DNA from: an uncultured Myxococcales bacterium
Lineage (GTDB): Bacteria; Myxococcota_A; UBA9042; CAIXZC01
Assembly: GCA_964565265.1 (NCBI GenBank)
Contig: CAZMEC010000006.1
Location: forward strand, 1 to 38,322
DNA: 38,322 bases
Reading direction: 5' to 3'
Shown here: positions 9,884 through 18,833 of the stretch, in pieces
Layout: every line of letters starts with the position of its first letter
How positions within the stretch are numbered: position 1 is the first letter of the stretch
The notes under the pieces: generated by a model
Told to the model about the DNA's origin: nothing
Seen by the model: the letters and a program-made list of their open reading frames with translations, nothing else
The model's database searches: none
Translations under genes and position numbers: made by a program

Positions 9884-11527
9884 TCAAGGTGCCTGAAGTT
9901 CCCACTTGACGGCGTCGAAGGCTACGGCGCACTTGGAGGGGGAGGCGTTGTAATCCTTGAGGGTCACCTCGCCTACCGTGTTCTGGAAGGAATAGCTGCC
10001 CAGGAGGTTCCAGCCGGGGGAGGCCTGGGAGGCCGTAACCCCCAGGCCATCGCCGGACTGATTGCTCATGGTCTTGACCCAGTATTTGACGCTGGAGCAA
10101 CGAATCCACGACTTGACCGAGTACAAACCAAGGTAGGGGTCATAGGAGTCGGGGTCGGGCACATGGTAGTACAGCTTGTAGACCCCGGTGAGGGCCTGGC
10201 TTGTCCTCCAGCGCCCAAAGGTGCCGTCCCCGCCAAAGTTTGGGGTGTAGCGGATGTTCTTGTTGTAGCCCTTGGTGTTGAACCAGCCGTCGGGGCTGCC
10301 GTCGGTGTGGTCGGAGGCCTTGAAGATGGAGTCGCTGGGCGAGCCCATGGACCAGCCCGAGGCGTCGTGGCTGTCGATGATGACCGAACTGGGGCCACAT
10401 TTGCATTGGGCGCTCGCGCAGGAACACAGCCCGCAGTCCTTCACGGTGTCGTTGGAGACCCCCTTGCAGTCGAACCACATCACGGTGTTGAAGATGCAGT
10501 CCTGGTAGTCATGCTTGGTGCAGGACACGCAGTCTCCCCCGTCACATATCTGAGTGCTGGAGCAGGAGGCGTACACGATATCTCTGCAGGAGTCGCCGTC
10601 GTCGGCATCACCGCAATACCAGCGGGTCTCGTCGTCGTCACAGTCCTGCTCGCCCTGACTGCACTCGTCGTTGCAGGTCTCCAGACACTGACCGCCGCTG
10701 CACTCCAGGCCCCAGTCGCAGCCCTCGTAGATGCGGTCCCGGCAGGGGTCGCCGTCACCCGCATCACCGCAATACCAGCGGGTCTCGTCGTCGTCACAGC
10801 CAAGGTTTCCCAGGTTGCACTCGTGGGTGCAGGTGATCTTGCACTGGCCGGCCTGGCAGGCCGTGCCCCCCTCACAGGTCTCGTAGAGTTTGTCCCGGCA
10901 GGGGTCCCCGTCATCGGCCAGCCCGCAATACCAGCGTTGCAGATCCCCGTTGCAGCCCGTTTGGTTGACGGCGCACTCGTCGACGCAGACCTCGGCACAC
11001 AGGTCGTCGGCACAGACGCCGGGGCACAACTCCTTGACCTCCTCCGCCGTGCCGCAGCTGTCGAACCACCACAGGTCTCCCTCCCAGCAGCCCCAGGTGT
11101 GGTGGCTTTCGGGAAGGCAGCCCTGGTCGGCGTCAAGGCCGCTGTCAGTTCCCAGGAGGCTGTCCTTGCCTTCACTGATCTCCACCGGGGTTTCCGTGTC
11201 CGGCTGGGGCTGAACCTCCATCAGCCCAAGGTCCTGGCCTCCGTCCCCTGGTTGGCCTCCCGAGTCTGGCTCAGTGGCGAGTTCGCCCAGGGCCCCGGCC
11301 TCGGAGAGGCTATCGTCCTCCAGGCCAGCCACATCCCACTTCCAGTGCTGGCCACAGACCCCCGCCTCGCAGGTCAGCCCGTCACTGCAGACCGCGCCCT
11401 GCAGACAGGGGCCGCCCGCTTCCCCCGGAGGAATGCTCTCGAAGGCGGCGGTGCTGTTTCCCCCGCAGCCCCCAACCGCCACCCCAAGCAGCAGCAACAG
11501 CCACATCAGTCTGGTCTTGGTACCCAT
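9884..11527 (-). CDS. Cys-rich repeat lipoprotein with C-terminal beta-sandwich (golvesin/CBM-like) domain
   Basis: Lipobox-like VAVGGC; acidic linker; three 52-aa 8-Cys repeats; C-terminal GVYKLYYHVP..GWNLLGSYSF..VAFDAVKW. Confidence 0.7.
   Translation of the reverse strand: MGTKTRLMWLLLLLGVAVGGCGGNSTAAFESIPPGEAGGPCLQGAVCSDGLTCEAGVCGQHWKWDVAGLEDDSLSEAGALGELATEPDSGGQPGDGGQDLGLMEVQPQPDTETPVEISEGKDSLLGTDSGLDADQGCLPESHHTWGCWEGDLWWFDSCGTAEEVKELCPGVCADDLCAEVCVDECAVNQTGCNGDLQRWYCGLADDGDPCRDKLYETCEGGTACQAGQCKITCTHECNLGNLGCDDDETRWYCGDAGDGDPCRDRIYEGCDWGLECSGGQCLETCNDECSQGEQDCDDDETRWYCGDADDGDSCRDIVYASCSSTQICDGGDCVSCTKHDYQDCIFNTVMWFDCKGVSNDTVKDCGLCSCASAQCKCGPSSVIIDSHDASGWSMGSPSDSIFKASDHTDGSPDGWFNTKGYNKNIRYTPNFGGDGTFGRWRTSQALTGVYKLYYHVPDPDSYDPYLGLYSVKSWIRCSSVKYWVKTMSNQSGDGLGVTASQASPGWNLLGSYSFQNTVGEVTLKDYNASPSKCAVAFDAVKWELQAP
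10523..10987 (-). repeat. Intragenic 156-bp (52-aa) tandem repeat, 3 copies
   Basis: Identical 39-mer at 10605-10643 and 10761-10799; CCGCAATACCAGCG recurs at 10923-10936; period 156 bp. Confidence 0.9.
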
Positions 11528-11566
11528 GGTGCCCCCCGGGTCAGGTCCACTCTCTGCCCGGCGTGT

Positions 11567-11643
11567 ACGCTAGCACCCCCGCACCTTTGCAGTCAAAGGA
11601 TCAGGGCTGACTTATTTGACCGACCCCAACCCCTTGATATAAA
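11567..11643. promoter_or_regulatory. Divergent sigma70-like promoters with an inverted repeat
   Basis: Plus strand: TTGACC (11616-21), 16 nt, TATAAA (11638-43) with TGn extension. Minus strand: TTGACT (11596-91), 18 nt, TAGCGT (11572-67). Palindrome CCTTTG-CAGT-CAAAGG at 11584-11599. Confidence 0.55.
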
Positions 11644-11664
11644 GGCCGCCGGAGGAATGTCGCC

Positions 11665-11892
11665 ATGTCAAACGAAATTCTGTTGGACTGTCAGGGAATG
11701 AAATGCCCCCGCCCCATCATCGAACTGGCCAAGGCTGCCCGCCGAAATGGTCCGGGCACCATGCTTCGGGTCATCTCCGACGACCTGGCCTTTGAGAGCG
11801 ATGTGAACGCCTGGTGCGACACGGGCAAGGGCAAGCTGCTGTCCCTGGAGAAGCAGAGTCAGGTCGCCATCGCCGTGATTGAGTTGCTTTAG
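11665..11892 (+). CDS. tusA: TusA family sulfur carrier
   Basis: 75 aa; LDCQGMKCPRP, LRVISDD, DVNAWC; RBS GGAGG. Confidence 0.9.
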   Translation: MSNEILLDCQGMKCPRPIIELAKAARRNGPGTMLRVISDDLAFESDVNAWCDTGKGKLLSLEKQSQVAIAVIELL

Positions 11893-11905
11893 CGAAGGAG
11901 CCCCC

Positions 11906-12484
11906 ATGGAAGCCAGCAATCAACAGGATCTCATGACCCGCTTCGATGCCCTGGAGGCCCAGGTTGCGCAGCTCAAGCGGCAGGTCGCCGAGGGCCTGCC
12001 CAAGGACCAGGTCAGCATCATCTGCTTCAGCGGCGATTGGGACCGCCTGTTCGCGGCCCTCACCCTGGCCAGCGGCGCTTTGGCCATGGGCCAGGAGGTC
12101 CACCTCTTCTTCACCTTCTGGGGTGTGCCCGCGCTGCGGAAAGGCGCCAAGGCCGGCCCCTGCCCCCCAAAGGATCTCTCCCAGGCCATGATGTCCGGCA
12201 TGCTGCCCTGTGGGCCCTGCAACGCCAAGCTGTCCAAGATGAACTTCCTGGGCCTGGGCAAGATGATGTTGCGCCGCCTCATGAAGAAGCAGGGCGTGGA
12301 CGACATTGATGTGCTGATGCGGGAGGTGCGGGAGCTGGGCGCCCATATTCACCTGTGCGAGACCTCCGCCGCGCTCTTTGGCCTGTCCAAGGGCGAGTTG
12401 GCTGACAATGAGGAGATCAACCAGTGCGGAGTCGCAACCTTCATGGGGCACGCCATGAAGAGTCGATTTGTCCTGTTCATCTGA
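11906..12484 (+). CDS. DsrE2/YrkE-type (DsrE/DsrF/DsrH-like) sulfurtransferase
   Basis: SIICFSGDWDR, VHLFFTFWG, LSKMNFLGLG, HIHLCETS, GVATFM; N-terminal coiled coil; RBS AAGGAG. Confidence 0.88.
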   Translation: MEASNQQDLMTRFDALEAQVAQLKRQVAEGLPKDQVSIICFSGDWDRLFAALTLASGALAMGQEVHLFFTFWGVPALRKGAKAGPCPPKDLSQAMMSGMLPCGPCNAKLSKMNFLGLGKMMLRRLMKKQGVDDIDVLMREVRELGAHIHLCETSAALFGLSKGELADNEEINQCGVATFMGHAMKSRFVLFI

Positions 12485-12515
12485 CGGCCACGGGCTGGAG
12501 CAAAAGGAGCGCTCA

Positions 12516-12902
12516 ATGAGCAAAGAACTTGGAACCATGATTGTGCTGACGACGGGCAAGCAGGACCGCGGCACCCGGGCAACCCTGGCCTTCTCCTGGG
12601 GCTGCGCGGCCCTGGCCATGGGGCAGACCGTGGCTGTCTACCTGACCATGGATGGCACCGTGTGGGCCAGCAAGGGCGCCGCCGACAATGTATCCGTGGC
12701 GGGCTTTGAGACCCTGGACTGCTACATTGAGCAATTCCTGGCCCTGGGCGGCGAAATCCTCGTCTGCGCGCCGTGCAGTGAATACTACTGCTCGTTCACG
12801 CCGGCCAGCGGCCATAGCGCGCTCTTGCCCGAGGCCCAGCTTGTGGGCCTGGCGACCATTGTGTCCCGGACTGGCCAGGGGACCAAGATCATCACCTTCT
12901 AG
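12516..12902 (+). CDS. DsrE family protein
   Basis: RATLAF..AALAMG, VAVYLTMDG, GGEILVCAPC; RBS AAGGAG. Confidence 0.82.
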   Translation: MSKELGTMIVLTTGKQDRGTRATLAFSWGCAALAMGQTVAVYLTMDGTVWASKGAADNVSVAGFETLDCYIEQFLALGGEILVCAPCSEYYCSFTPASGHSALLPEAQLVGLATIVSRTGQGTKIITF

Positions 12903-12914
12903 GAGAGGTAGCCC

Positions 12915-13970
12915 ATGGGATCCACCTTGAACCCTGGCCACAACCCGAACGATGGAGATGTGGCCTTGAACCCAGCCGAGGCCTCCCGTTGGCGAATCGC
13001 CCAACTGGAGTCACTGCTGCGCCGCTCCCGGGATGAGCAGGCCCGTCTGGAGGCCCATGCCGCAGACTTCCGCCTGCAACTGGAGAACAGGGACGCCCAG
13101 TGGGCTGACATCCAGAAGATCAACCTCAGGCTGGCGAGAGCCAACGCCGAAAGCGCCGAACTCATGGCCGAACTTGAGGAGCGAAACCGCAGCCTCAAGG
13201 AGGCCAACCTCGCCCTGGCCCGGGCCAACGCCCACGGGGCCGAGCTCATGGCCACCATCCAGATCAAGGAAGACGAGATCCAGCGCCTCAACCGGTCCCT
13301 GTCCGGGGCCAACGCCACGGCCGCCGAACTGGTGGCCGAGCGGGAGCTGCAGTTGGAGGAGATGGATCGGCTGAACAAGAACCTTCGCAAGGAGGTCCTG
13401 GAGAGAAAGAAAGCCGAGGAGAGCGCCGCCGACCTGGCCCTCCAGCTTGCCCGGGCCAACCAGAACCTGGACCGGCTGGCGACCATTGACGCCCTCACCG
13501 AGGTCCTGAATCGTCGCGGCATTGACCGCCAGCTCACCGCCGAACTCAGCCGAGCCGCCCGCGGGGGCCACGCCATCGGGGTCATCTTCGTGGACTTCGA
13601 TGACTTCAAGTCCGTCAATGAACGCTTTGGTCATGTGGGCGGAGATGTGGCCCTGCAGGACATTGCGAGGCGGCTGATGCGCTCCCTCAGAAACACCGAC
13701 TGCCTGGGGCGCATCGGTGGCGACGAGTTCATGGCAGTGATCCCCGATGTGGCCCGGCCCGAACTGGCCATCATGGCCGAGCGCTTCCGGGCTGCCGCCG
13801 CCGACACCCCCATGACCATTGCTGGCCAGGAGGTGACCGTGACCTTGAGCCTGGCCGCTGCGGTCCTGTCCCCAGACACCTCGTCCCTGGACGAGATCCT
13901 CTCCCAGGTCAAGGACGGCCTGGCCACCAGCAAGAAGCTCGGCAAGAACCGCGTGACCATGGTGGGCTAA
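12915..13970 (+). CDS. Diguanylate cyclase with repetitive coiled-coil N-terminus
   Basis: DALTEVLNRR, DFDDFKSVNERFGHVGGD, I-site RNTD, intact GGDEF, GKNRV; no TM, REC, PAS or GAF domain seen. Confidence 0.93.
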   Translation: MGSTLNPGHNPNDGDVALNPAEASRWRIAQLESLLRRSRDEQARLEAHAADFRLQLENRDAQWADIQKINLRLARANAESAELMAELEERNRSLKEANLALARANAHGAELMATIQIKEDEIQRLNRSLSGANATAAELVAERELQLEEMDRLNKNLRKEVLERKKAEESAADLALQLARANQNLDRLATIDALTEVLNRRGIDRQLTAELSRAARGGHAIGVIFVDFDDFKSVNERFGHVGGDVALQDIARRLMRSLRNTDCLGRIGGDEFMAVIPDVARPELAIMAERFRAAAADTPMTIAGQEVTVTLSLAAAVLSPDTSSLDEILSQVKDGLATSKKLGKNRVTMVG

Positions 13971-13983
13971 GGTCCCCCGGGGT

Positions 13984-14538
13984 TCAGCCCAGGTGCTCCA
14001 CAAGAATCTTCACGCCAATGGAAATCAGGATGGCCCCTGCCACGAGGCCCATGCGTTTGCCGAAGCGCCGCCCGGCCCCTCGGCCCAGGAAGAAGCCCCC
14101 GTAGGTCATGGCAAAGGCCACCACCCCAATCACCACTGAGGGCCACAGGACTGCCAGACCCACCGTGGCAAAGGAGAACCCGACGGCGAAGGCGTCGATG
14201 CTGGTGGCCACCGCCAGCAACAGCAGCGCCACGCCCTTGCTGGCATCCGGGGACGGAGCCTCCGGGTCGCCCAGGGCCTCCCAGCCATTCTTCAGGCCCA
14301 CCACCAACAGCAGCCCGAAGGCCAACCAGTGATCCCAGGCCCGCACCAGAGCCTCCGCCGCTGCGCCGGCGCCAAAGCCAAGCAGGGTCATCCCGGTTTG
14401 GAACACGCCGAAGGCTGTGGCCATGCGAATTGCGGGAACAAGGCAGCTTCTTCGGGGGCAGATGCCGGCGCTGACGGCCACCGCGAAGGCATCCATCCCA
14501 AGGGCCACTGCCACCAGCAGTATCTCGATCCAGCTCAT
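13984..14538 (-). CDS. mntP: Manganese efflux pump MntP family
   Basis: ALGMDAFAVA and ATSIDAFAVG repeats, WDHWLAFGLL, GAILISIGVKILVEHL. Confidence 0.9.
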   Translation of the reverse strand: MSWIEILLVAVALGMDAFAVAVSAGICPRRSCLVPAIRMATAFGVFQTGMTLLGFGAGAAAEALVRAWDHWLAFGLLLVVGLKNGWEALGDPEAPSPDASKGVALLLLAVATSIDAFAVGFSFATVGLAVLWPSVVIGVVAFAMTYGGFFLGRGAGRRFGKRMGLVAGAILISIGVKILVEHLG

Positions 14539-14545
14539 ATCCGCG

Positions 14546-16567
14546 TCACTCCACCTGATCCTGGGCCAGCATTCCATAGCGTTTGTCCAGGACCGCCTTG
14601 CGGGTCTGGATTTCCTTCTCCAGGGTCTCCCACTGCTGCATCAGGTCCTCCAGCAGGCAGTTCAGCTCCCCGTGGCGATGGGACAGCAGGAGGATGCCCT
14701 CGGCGTCGTGCTGTTCGGGGGAATCCATGGCCGTCTCCAACTGCTCCAACTCGACTTCCGCGGTGGAGATGCTCTGCTCCACCACGGTCAGCTTCTTCTT
14801 CAGGTCCGCGGTGTCCCGGTGGAGGGCCTGACGGTATTCGGCCTCCTGGCGCTTCCGGTCCCGGTCCGCCTTGCGGCTGGCCTCGGTCTGTCCCTGCTCG
14901 GGACGGCCTGCCTGGGCTTCCGGTTCCTTGGGCGTCGGCGTGGCCGCGGGCGTGACCTGGGCCTTCTCCCCCTGCTTCTTCTTCCAGGCGTAGTAAGAGA
15001 AGTTCCCCGGGTAACTCTCCAGGACCCCGTTCTCCATCTCCAGCACCCGCCCCGCCACCGCATCGATGAAACGCCGGTCATGGGAGGTGAACAGGATGGC
15101 CCCCTGGTACTGGCGCAGCGCCTCCTCCAGGATTTCCCGGGACTCAATGTCCAGGTGGTTGGTGGGCTCGTCCATCATCAACAGGTTGGAGGGCCGCACC
15201 AGCAGCTTGGCCAGGGCCAGCCGGCTCTTCTCGCCGCCGGACAGGTACCCCACCTTCTTGTCGATGTCGGTGCCGGTGAACTTGAAGGCCCCCAGCAGAT
15301 TCCGAATCTTCGACACCTGCAAGCCCACGGAGACCCCGAGCATCTCGTTCCACACTGTGTTGGCCGAGTTGAGCTCTTCAAGGTGATGCTGGGCGAAGTA
15401 GGCGGGCACCACATTGTAGCCCAGTTCCAACTCGCCGCCGCTGGCTTCCAGGCGCTGGGAGAGGATCTTCATCAGCGTGGACTTGCCCGCACCGTTCACC
15501 CCCACCAGGGCGCACTTCTCGTTCTGGTAGATGTCCAGGGACAGGTTGCGGAAGACCTCCTTGGTCCCATAGGACTTGGCCAAGCCGCGAATCTTCACGA
15601 CCAGCTTCCCAGGGCGAGGGGCTTCGGGGAACTCAAAGGTGATATGGCCCTCCTCTCGGGGAGCCTCCACCCGTTCGATGGCATCCAACTTCTTCATCCG
15701 GCTTTGGGCCTGGCGCGCGCGATCCTTGCGGACCCGGTTTCGGGAGATGAAGTCCTCAAGCTCGCGGATCTGGGCCTGCTGGTCCTGAAACCGCTTCACC
15801 GCAAGCCGCTCGTCCTCGGCCTTGAGCCGCTTGTAGTTGTCGTAGTCCCCGGGGTACTGGCGGACCTTGCCCTGGTCGACCTCGATGATGCGCTTTACGG
15901 TCCGGTTCAAAAACTCGCGGTCGTGGGCCACCAGGACCAGGGCCCCGGTGAAGCTCTGCAGGTAGTTTTCGAACCACATCATGGACTCCATGTCCAGGTG
16001 GTTCGTGGGCTCGTCCAGCAACAGCGCCTCGGGAGAGGACAGCAACATGCGAGCCAACTCGGCGCGCATCTTCCAGCCCCCCGACAGCTTGGCCCAGTCG
16101 TCGTTCTGGAGCCGCGCATCAAAGCCAAGCCCCGACAGGATCTCCTTGGCCCGGGGCACCAGCGCATCCCCGCCCATCATCTCGTAGCGGGTCTGCAGAT
16201 CCGTGAGGCGGGCCAGCACGGGTCGGCCGAGTTCGGCGTCCTTCAGCAAAGGATCGTGGGTGAGTTCCTCAATCAGGTGCCGAGTGGAGTGAAAGCCCTC
16301 CACCCCGTCCAGCACATTGAACAGCACGGGGCCCTGGCGGTCCTGGGAAATCTCCTGCCGCAGATAGCCGATCTTCGCACCCTTGGCCCGCCCCACCTCG
16401 CCGGTATCGGCGCTGAGTTCCCCGGCAATGACCCGAAAGAGCGTGGTCTTGCCGCTGCCATTCTTCCCCACCAGGCCCACCCGGTCGTCCCGGGCAATCC
16501 GAAGGTTCACGCCCTCAAACAGCGGACGCTCGCCAAATGATTTTCCAACATCGCAAAGGTGTATCAT
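14546..16567 (-). CDS. ABC-F family ATPase (YheS/Uup-like)
   Basis: Two NBDs (GKNGSGKT, LSGGW, LDEPTNHLD; GVNGAGKST, LSGGE, MDEPTNHLD), no TM segments, C-terminal coiled coil. Confidence 0.93.
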   Translation of the reverse strand: MIHLCDVGKSFGERPLFEGVNLRIARDDRVGLVGKNGSGKTTLFRVIAGELSADTGEVGRAKGAKIGYLRQEISQDRQGPVLFNVLDGVEGFHSTRHLIEELTHDPLLKDAELGRPVLARLTDLQTRYEMMGGDALVPRAKEILSGLGFDARLQNDDWAKLSGGWKMRAELARMLLSSPEALLLDEPTNHLDMESMMWFENYLQSFTGALVLVAHDREFLNRTVKRIIEVDQGKVRQYPGDYDNYKRLKAEDERLAVKRFQDQQAQIRELEDFISRNRVRKDRARQAQSRMKKLDAIERVEAPREEGHITFEFPEAPRPGKLVVKIRGLAKSYGTKEVFRNLSLDIYQNEKCALVGVNGAGKSTLMKILSQRLEASGGELELGYNVVPAYFAQHHLEELNSANTVWNEMLGVSVGLQVSKIRNLLGAFKFTGTDIDKKVGYLSGGEKSRLALAKLLVRPSNLLMMDEPTNHLDIESREILEEALRQYQGAILFTSHDRRFIDAVAGRVLEMENGVLESYPGNFSYYAWKKKQGEKAQVTPAATPTPKEPEAQAGRPEQGQTEASRKADRDRKRQEAEYRQALHRDTADLKKKLTVVEQSISTAEVELEQLETAMDSPEQHDAEGILLLSHRHGELNCLLEDLMQQWETLEKEIQTRKAVLDKRYGMLAQDQVE

Positions 16568-16617
16568 GGTTCTTCCTCAAGGGGCTGGCCAAGCAAGCCA
16601 AGCCGACCGCGGCGCGC

Positions 16618-16645
16618 AGTATAGTCGCGGTTCGAGGCCAAGCAA
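16618..16645 (-). promoter_or_regulatory. Putative sigma70 promoter for ABC-F/mntP
   Basis: Minus strand TTGCTT, 16 nt, TATACT; same CTATACTGC context as the mvaA promoter. Confidence 0.45.
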
Positions 16646-16718
16646 AGCGCGAAAGTGTGGAGTCTCTCCGTCCTTGCCCTAACCATGCCCTTTGCGTTAT
16701 TAAAAGGCCTTCCGGGCC

Positions 16719-18776
16719 TTGGCCCCTGCAGGGAGCACAAGCTTGCGCGCTAGAGCTGCACTTTTTCCTCTATCTTGGCTGGTCCTGGTCTTCTTCCTTG
16801 GGGGCCTGCTGGTGGCCCTGGGCAAGGGCCTGGACGGGGCCCTGCTGGCCCTGCCCTTCTTCTGGACCCTGCTGACCTTTCCCTTGGGGCTGCTGGCCTT
16901 TGCCGGGGCCTGGCTGCTGGGGCTGGGGCGACGCCCCCCCCGCTCCCCCGCATCACCCGCTGCCCCTTGGGCTCCTCGACCACTCCGCCCTTCCCTGGCC
17001 CTGGGGTTCATGCTGTTCGTCTTTCCGGTGGTCTATCCGGCCATCCCGGCTTTGTTCGAACGGATCACCTCTCCGGCCCTGGCAAGCCTGCTTCAAGGGG
17101 TGGCGACGCTGGCCCTGTTTGCTGCGCTTGGGCTGGTCTTCCTGGCCGTGGCCCTCCTGCTTCCAGCGGGTCCCGTCAGGCGCCCTGGGGCTGCCAGCCT
17201 CCTGACCTGGGCCCTGGGTACCACGGGCCTTCCGGTGGCCTTCTGGGCGCTGGTCATCTATCTCAAGCATGGGGCTGCCCTGGGCATGGTCTCCTTGGGC
17301 CTGTTGGTGTTGGTGATGCTTGGGCTGGCGCTGGTTGGGGCCCTGCTGGGGCGGCACTGTCCCTGGCGCCTGGCCCTCCCAGTCCACGGGGCTGGGGCCT
17401 TGCTCCTGCTGGCCTCCCTGGTGGGGGCCCTGACCCTGCAGCCTTCCCGGACGAGGGCCGCGGTGGAGAACGACCCGGCCTCTGCTCTGGTGTCCCAGGC
17501 CCTGCGCGGCCTGGGCCTTCAGGCCAAGGAGAGGTCCCCCCGGGGCAGCAGCAAGAAGCCCGCGACGGCGTCCAAGACAGCCAAGGATGAGGCCCAGCTT
17601 TTTCCCGGCGCCGAGCCCTACCCCTGGGACGGCCCTCCCCAACCCAATGTGGTGGTCATTCTGGCGGACGCCCTGCGGGCGGACCGGGTCCACTTCCTGG
17701 GATACCGCCGGGAGAACACCCCCAACCTGGACGCGCTGCTGCCCGAGGCCCTGGCCTTTCGGGCCGCCTTCAGCCAAAGCGCCTGCTCCCGCAAGAGCAT
17801 CCCCAGCAGCCAGACGGGCGTCTATCCCCAGAACATGGAGTGGGACCAGCGGCCCAAGTTCTGGGGCGTGGGCCCCCAGAACCTGACCCTGGCCGAGATC
17901 CTGAAGAATGAAGGCTACGACACCTACGCCGTCATCAACCCCTGGATCCAAAACAATGTGAAGGGCTTCGGGCAGGGCTTCTCCAAGGTGGTCACCAACT
18001 ACGCCACCAAAGATTGGAAGAAGGCCTCGGCCAGTTCCAGCCCCAAGGCGGTATTCAAGGCCCTGGAACTGCTAGAGAAGCGCCGCTCCAAGAAGCCCTT
18101 CTACCTCTTCCTCTACCTGGAGGACGCCCACCACCCCTATGTCAATCACGGCCCCCCTGGGCTGACCTTCGGGAAGACCTCCAAGGACCGCTACGACTCC
18201 GAGATTGCCTTTGTGGACGCCTGGGCCGGCTTCTTCATCCAGTACCTCAAGGAGCGCAGCCTTTGGAACAACACGGTGCTGTTGTTGCACTCGGATCACG
18301 GCGAGGAGTTCAAAGAGCATGGCGCCACCCAGCACTGCAAGCAACTCTTCTCCGAGTCGGTGCGGGTGCCCCTCCTGCTGCGGGCTCCGGGCCTCAAGGG
18401 GCGCAAAGTAACGGCGCCGGTGGCTTTGGTGGATCTGGTGCCCACAATCCTCGATCTCACCGGCGCCCAGCACCCCGACCGTGGTGTTCTTGAGGGACGC
18501 AGCCTCCTTTGGCATCTGCTGCCCCCCAGCGTCCGTAAGGAAGCCCCCCGGCCCCTTTTCTCCTTCGTGAGGAATGCCGAGACCAGGGCCCGGAGGCACG
18601 GCCTTGTGTTGTGGCCCTGGCACCTCCTGGCGGGCTCCGAAGGGGAGGACCCCGAACTGTTCAACCTGGAAAAGGACCCGGGGGAGAAGAAAGACCTGGC
18701 AGCCACCGAGGAGGCCCGCACGGAGACCCTGACGGACCTGCTGCTGCGCTTCCTGGACCGGGCTCGCGTGCGTTAG
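16719..18776 (+). CDS. Membrane-anchored sulfatase-like (alkaline phosphatase superfamily) hydrolase/transferase; start uncertain
   Basis: Multi-TM N-terminus; PNVVVILADALRAD, TPNLD, DAHHPY, YDSEIAFVD, SDHGEE, ELFNLEKDPGE. Confidence 0.8.
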   Translation: MAPAGSTSLRARAALFPLSWLVLVFFLGGLLVALGKGLDGALLALPFFWTLLTFPLGLLAFAGAWLLGLGRRPPRSPASPAAPWAPRPLRPSLALGFMLFVFPVVYPAIPALFERITSPALASLLQGVATLALFAALGLVFLAVALLLPAGPVRRPGAASLLTWALGTTGLPVAFWALVIYLKHGAALGMVSLGLLVLVMLGLALVGALLGRHCPWRLALPVHGAGALLLLASLVGALTLQPSRTRAAVENDPASALVSQALRGLGLQAKERSPRGSSKKPATASKTAKDEAQLFPGAEPYPWDGPPQPNVVVILADALRADRVHFLGYRRENTPNLDALLPEALAFRAAFSQSACSRKSIPSSQTGVYPQNMEWDQRPKFWGVGPQNLTLAEILKNEGYDTYAVINPWIQNNVKGFGQGFSKVVTNYATKDWKKASASSSPKAVFKALELLEKRRSKKPFYLFLYLEDAHHPYVNHGPPGLTFGKTSKDRYDSEIAFVDAWAGFFIQYLKERSLWNNTVLLLHSDHGEEFKEHGATQHCKQLFSESVRVPLLLRAPGLKGRKVTAPVALVDLVPTILDLTGAQHPDRGVLEGRSLLWHLLPPSVRKEAPRPLFSFVRNAETRARRHGLVLWPWHLLAGSEGEDPELFNLEKDPGEKKDLAATEEARTETLTDLLLRFLDRARVR

Positions 18777-18833
18777 GCCCCCGCCCATTCTGTGCACCTT
18801 GCTTTTGGCACAGGGCCGCGCGACACTTGGGCC

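Noticed and set aside
12482-12484. TGA of dsrE2 as selenocysteine or readthrough
   Set aside because: The protein ends at the family-typical VLFI C-terminus, and the next gene has its own RBS in a different frame
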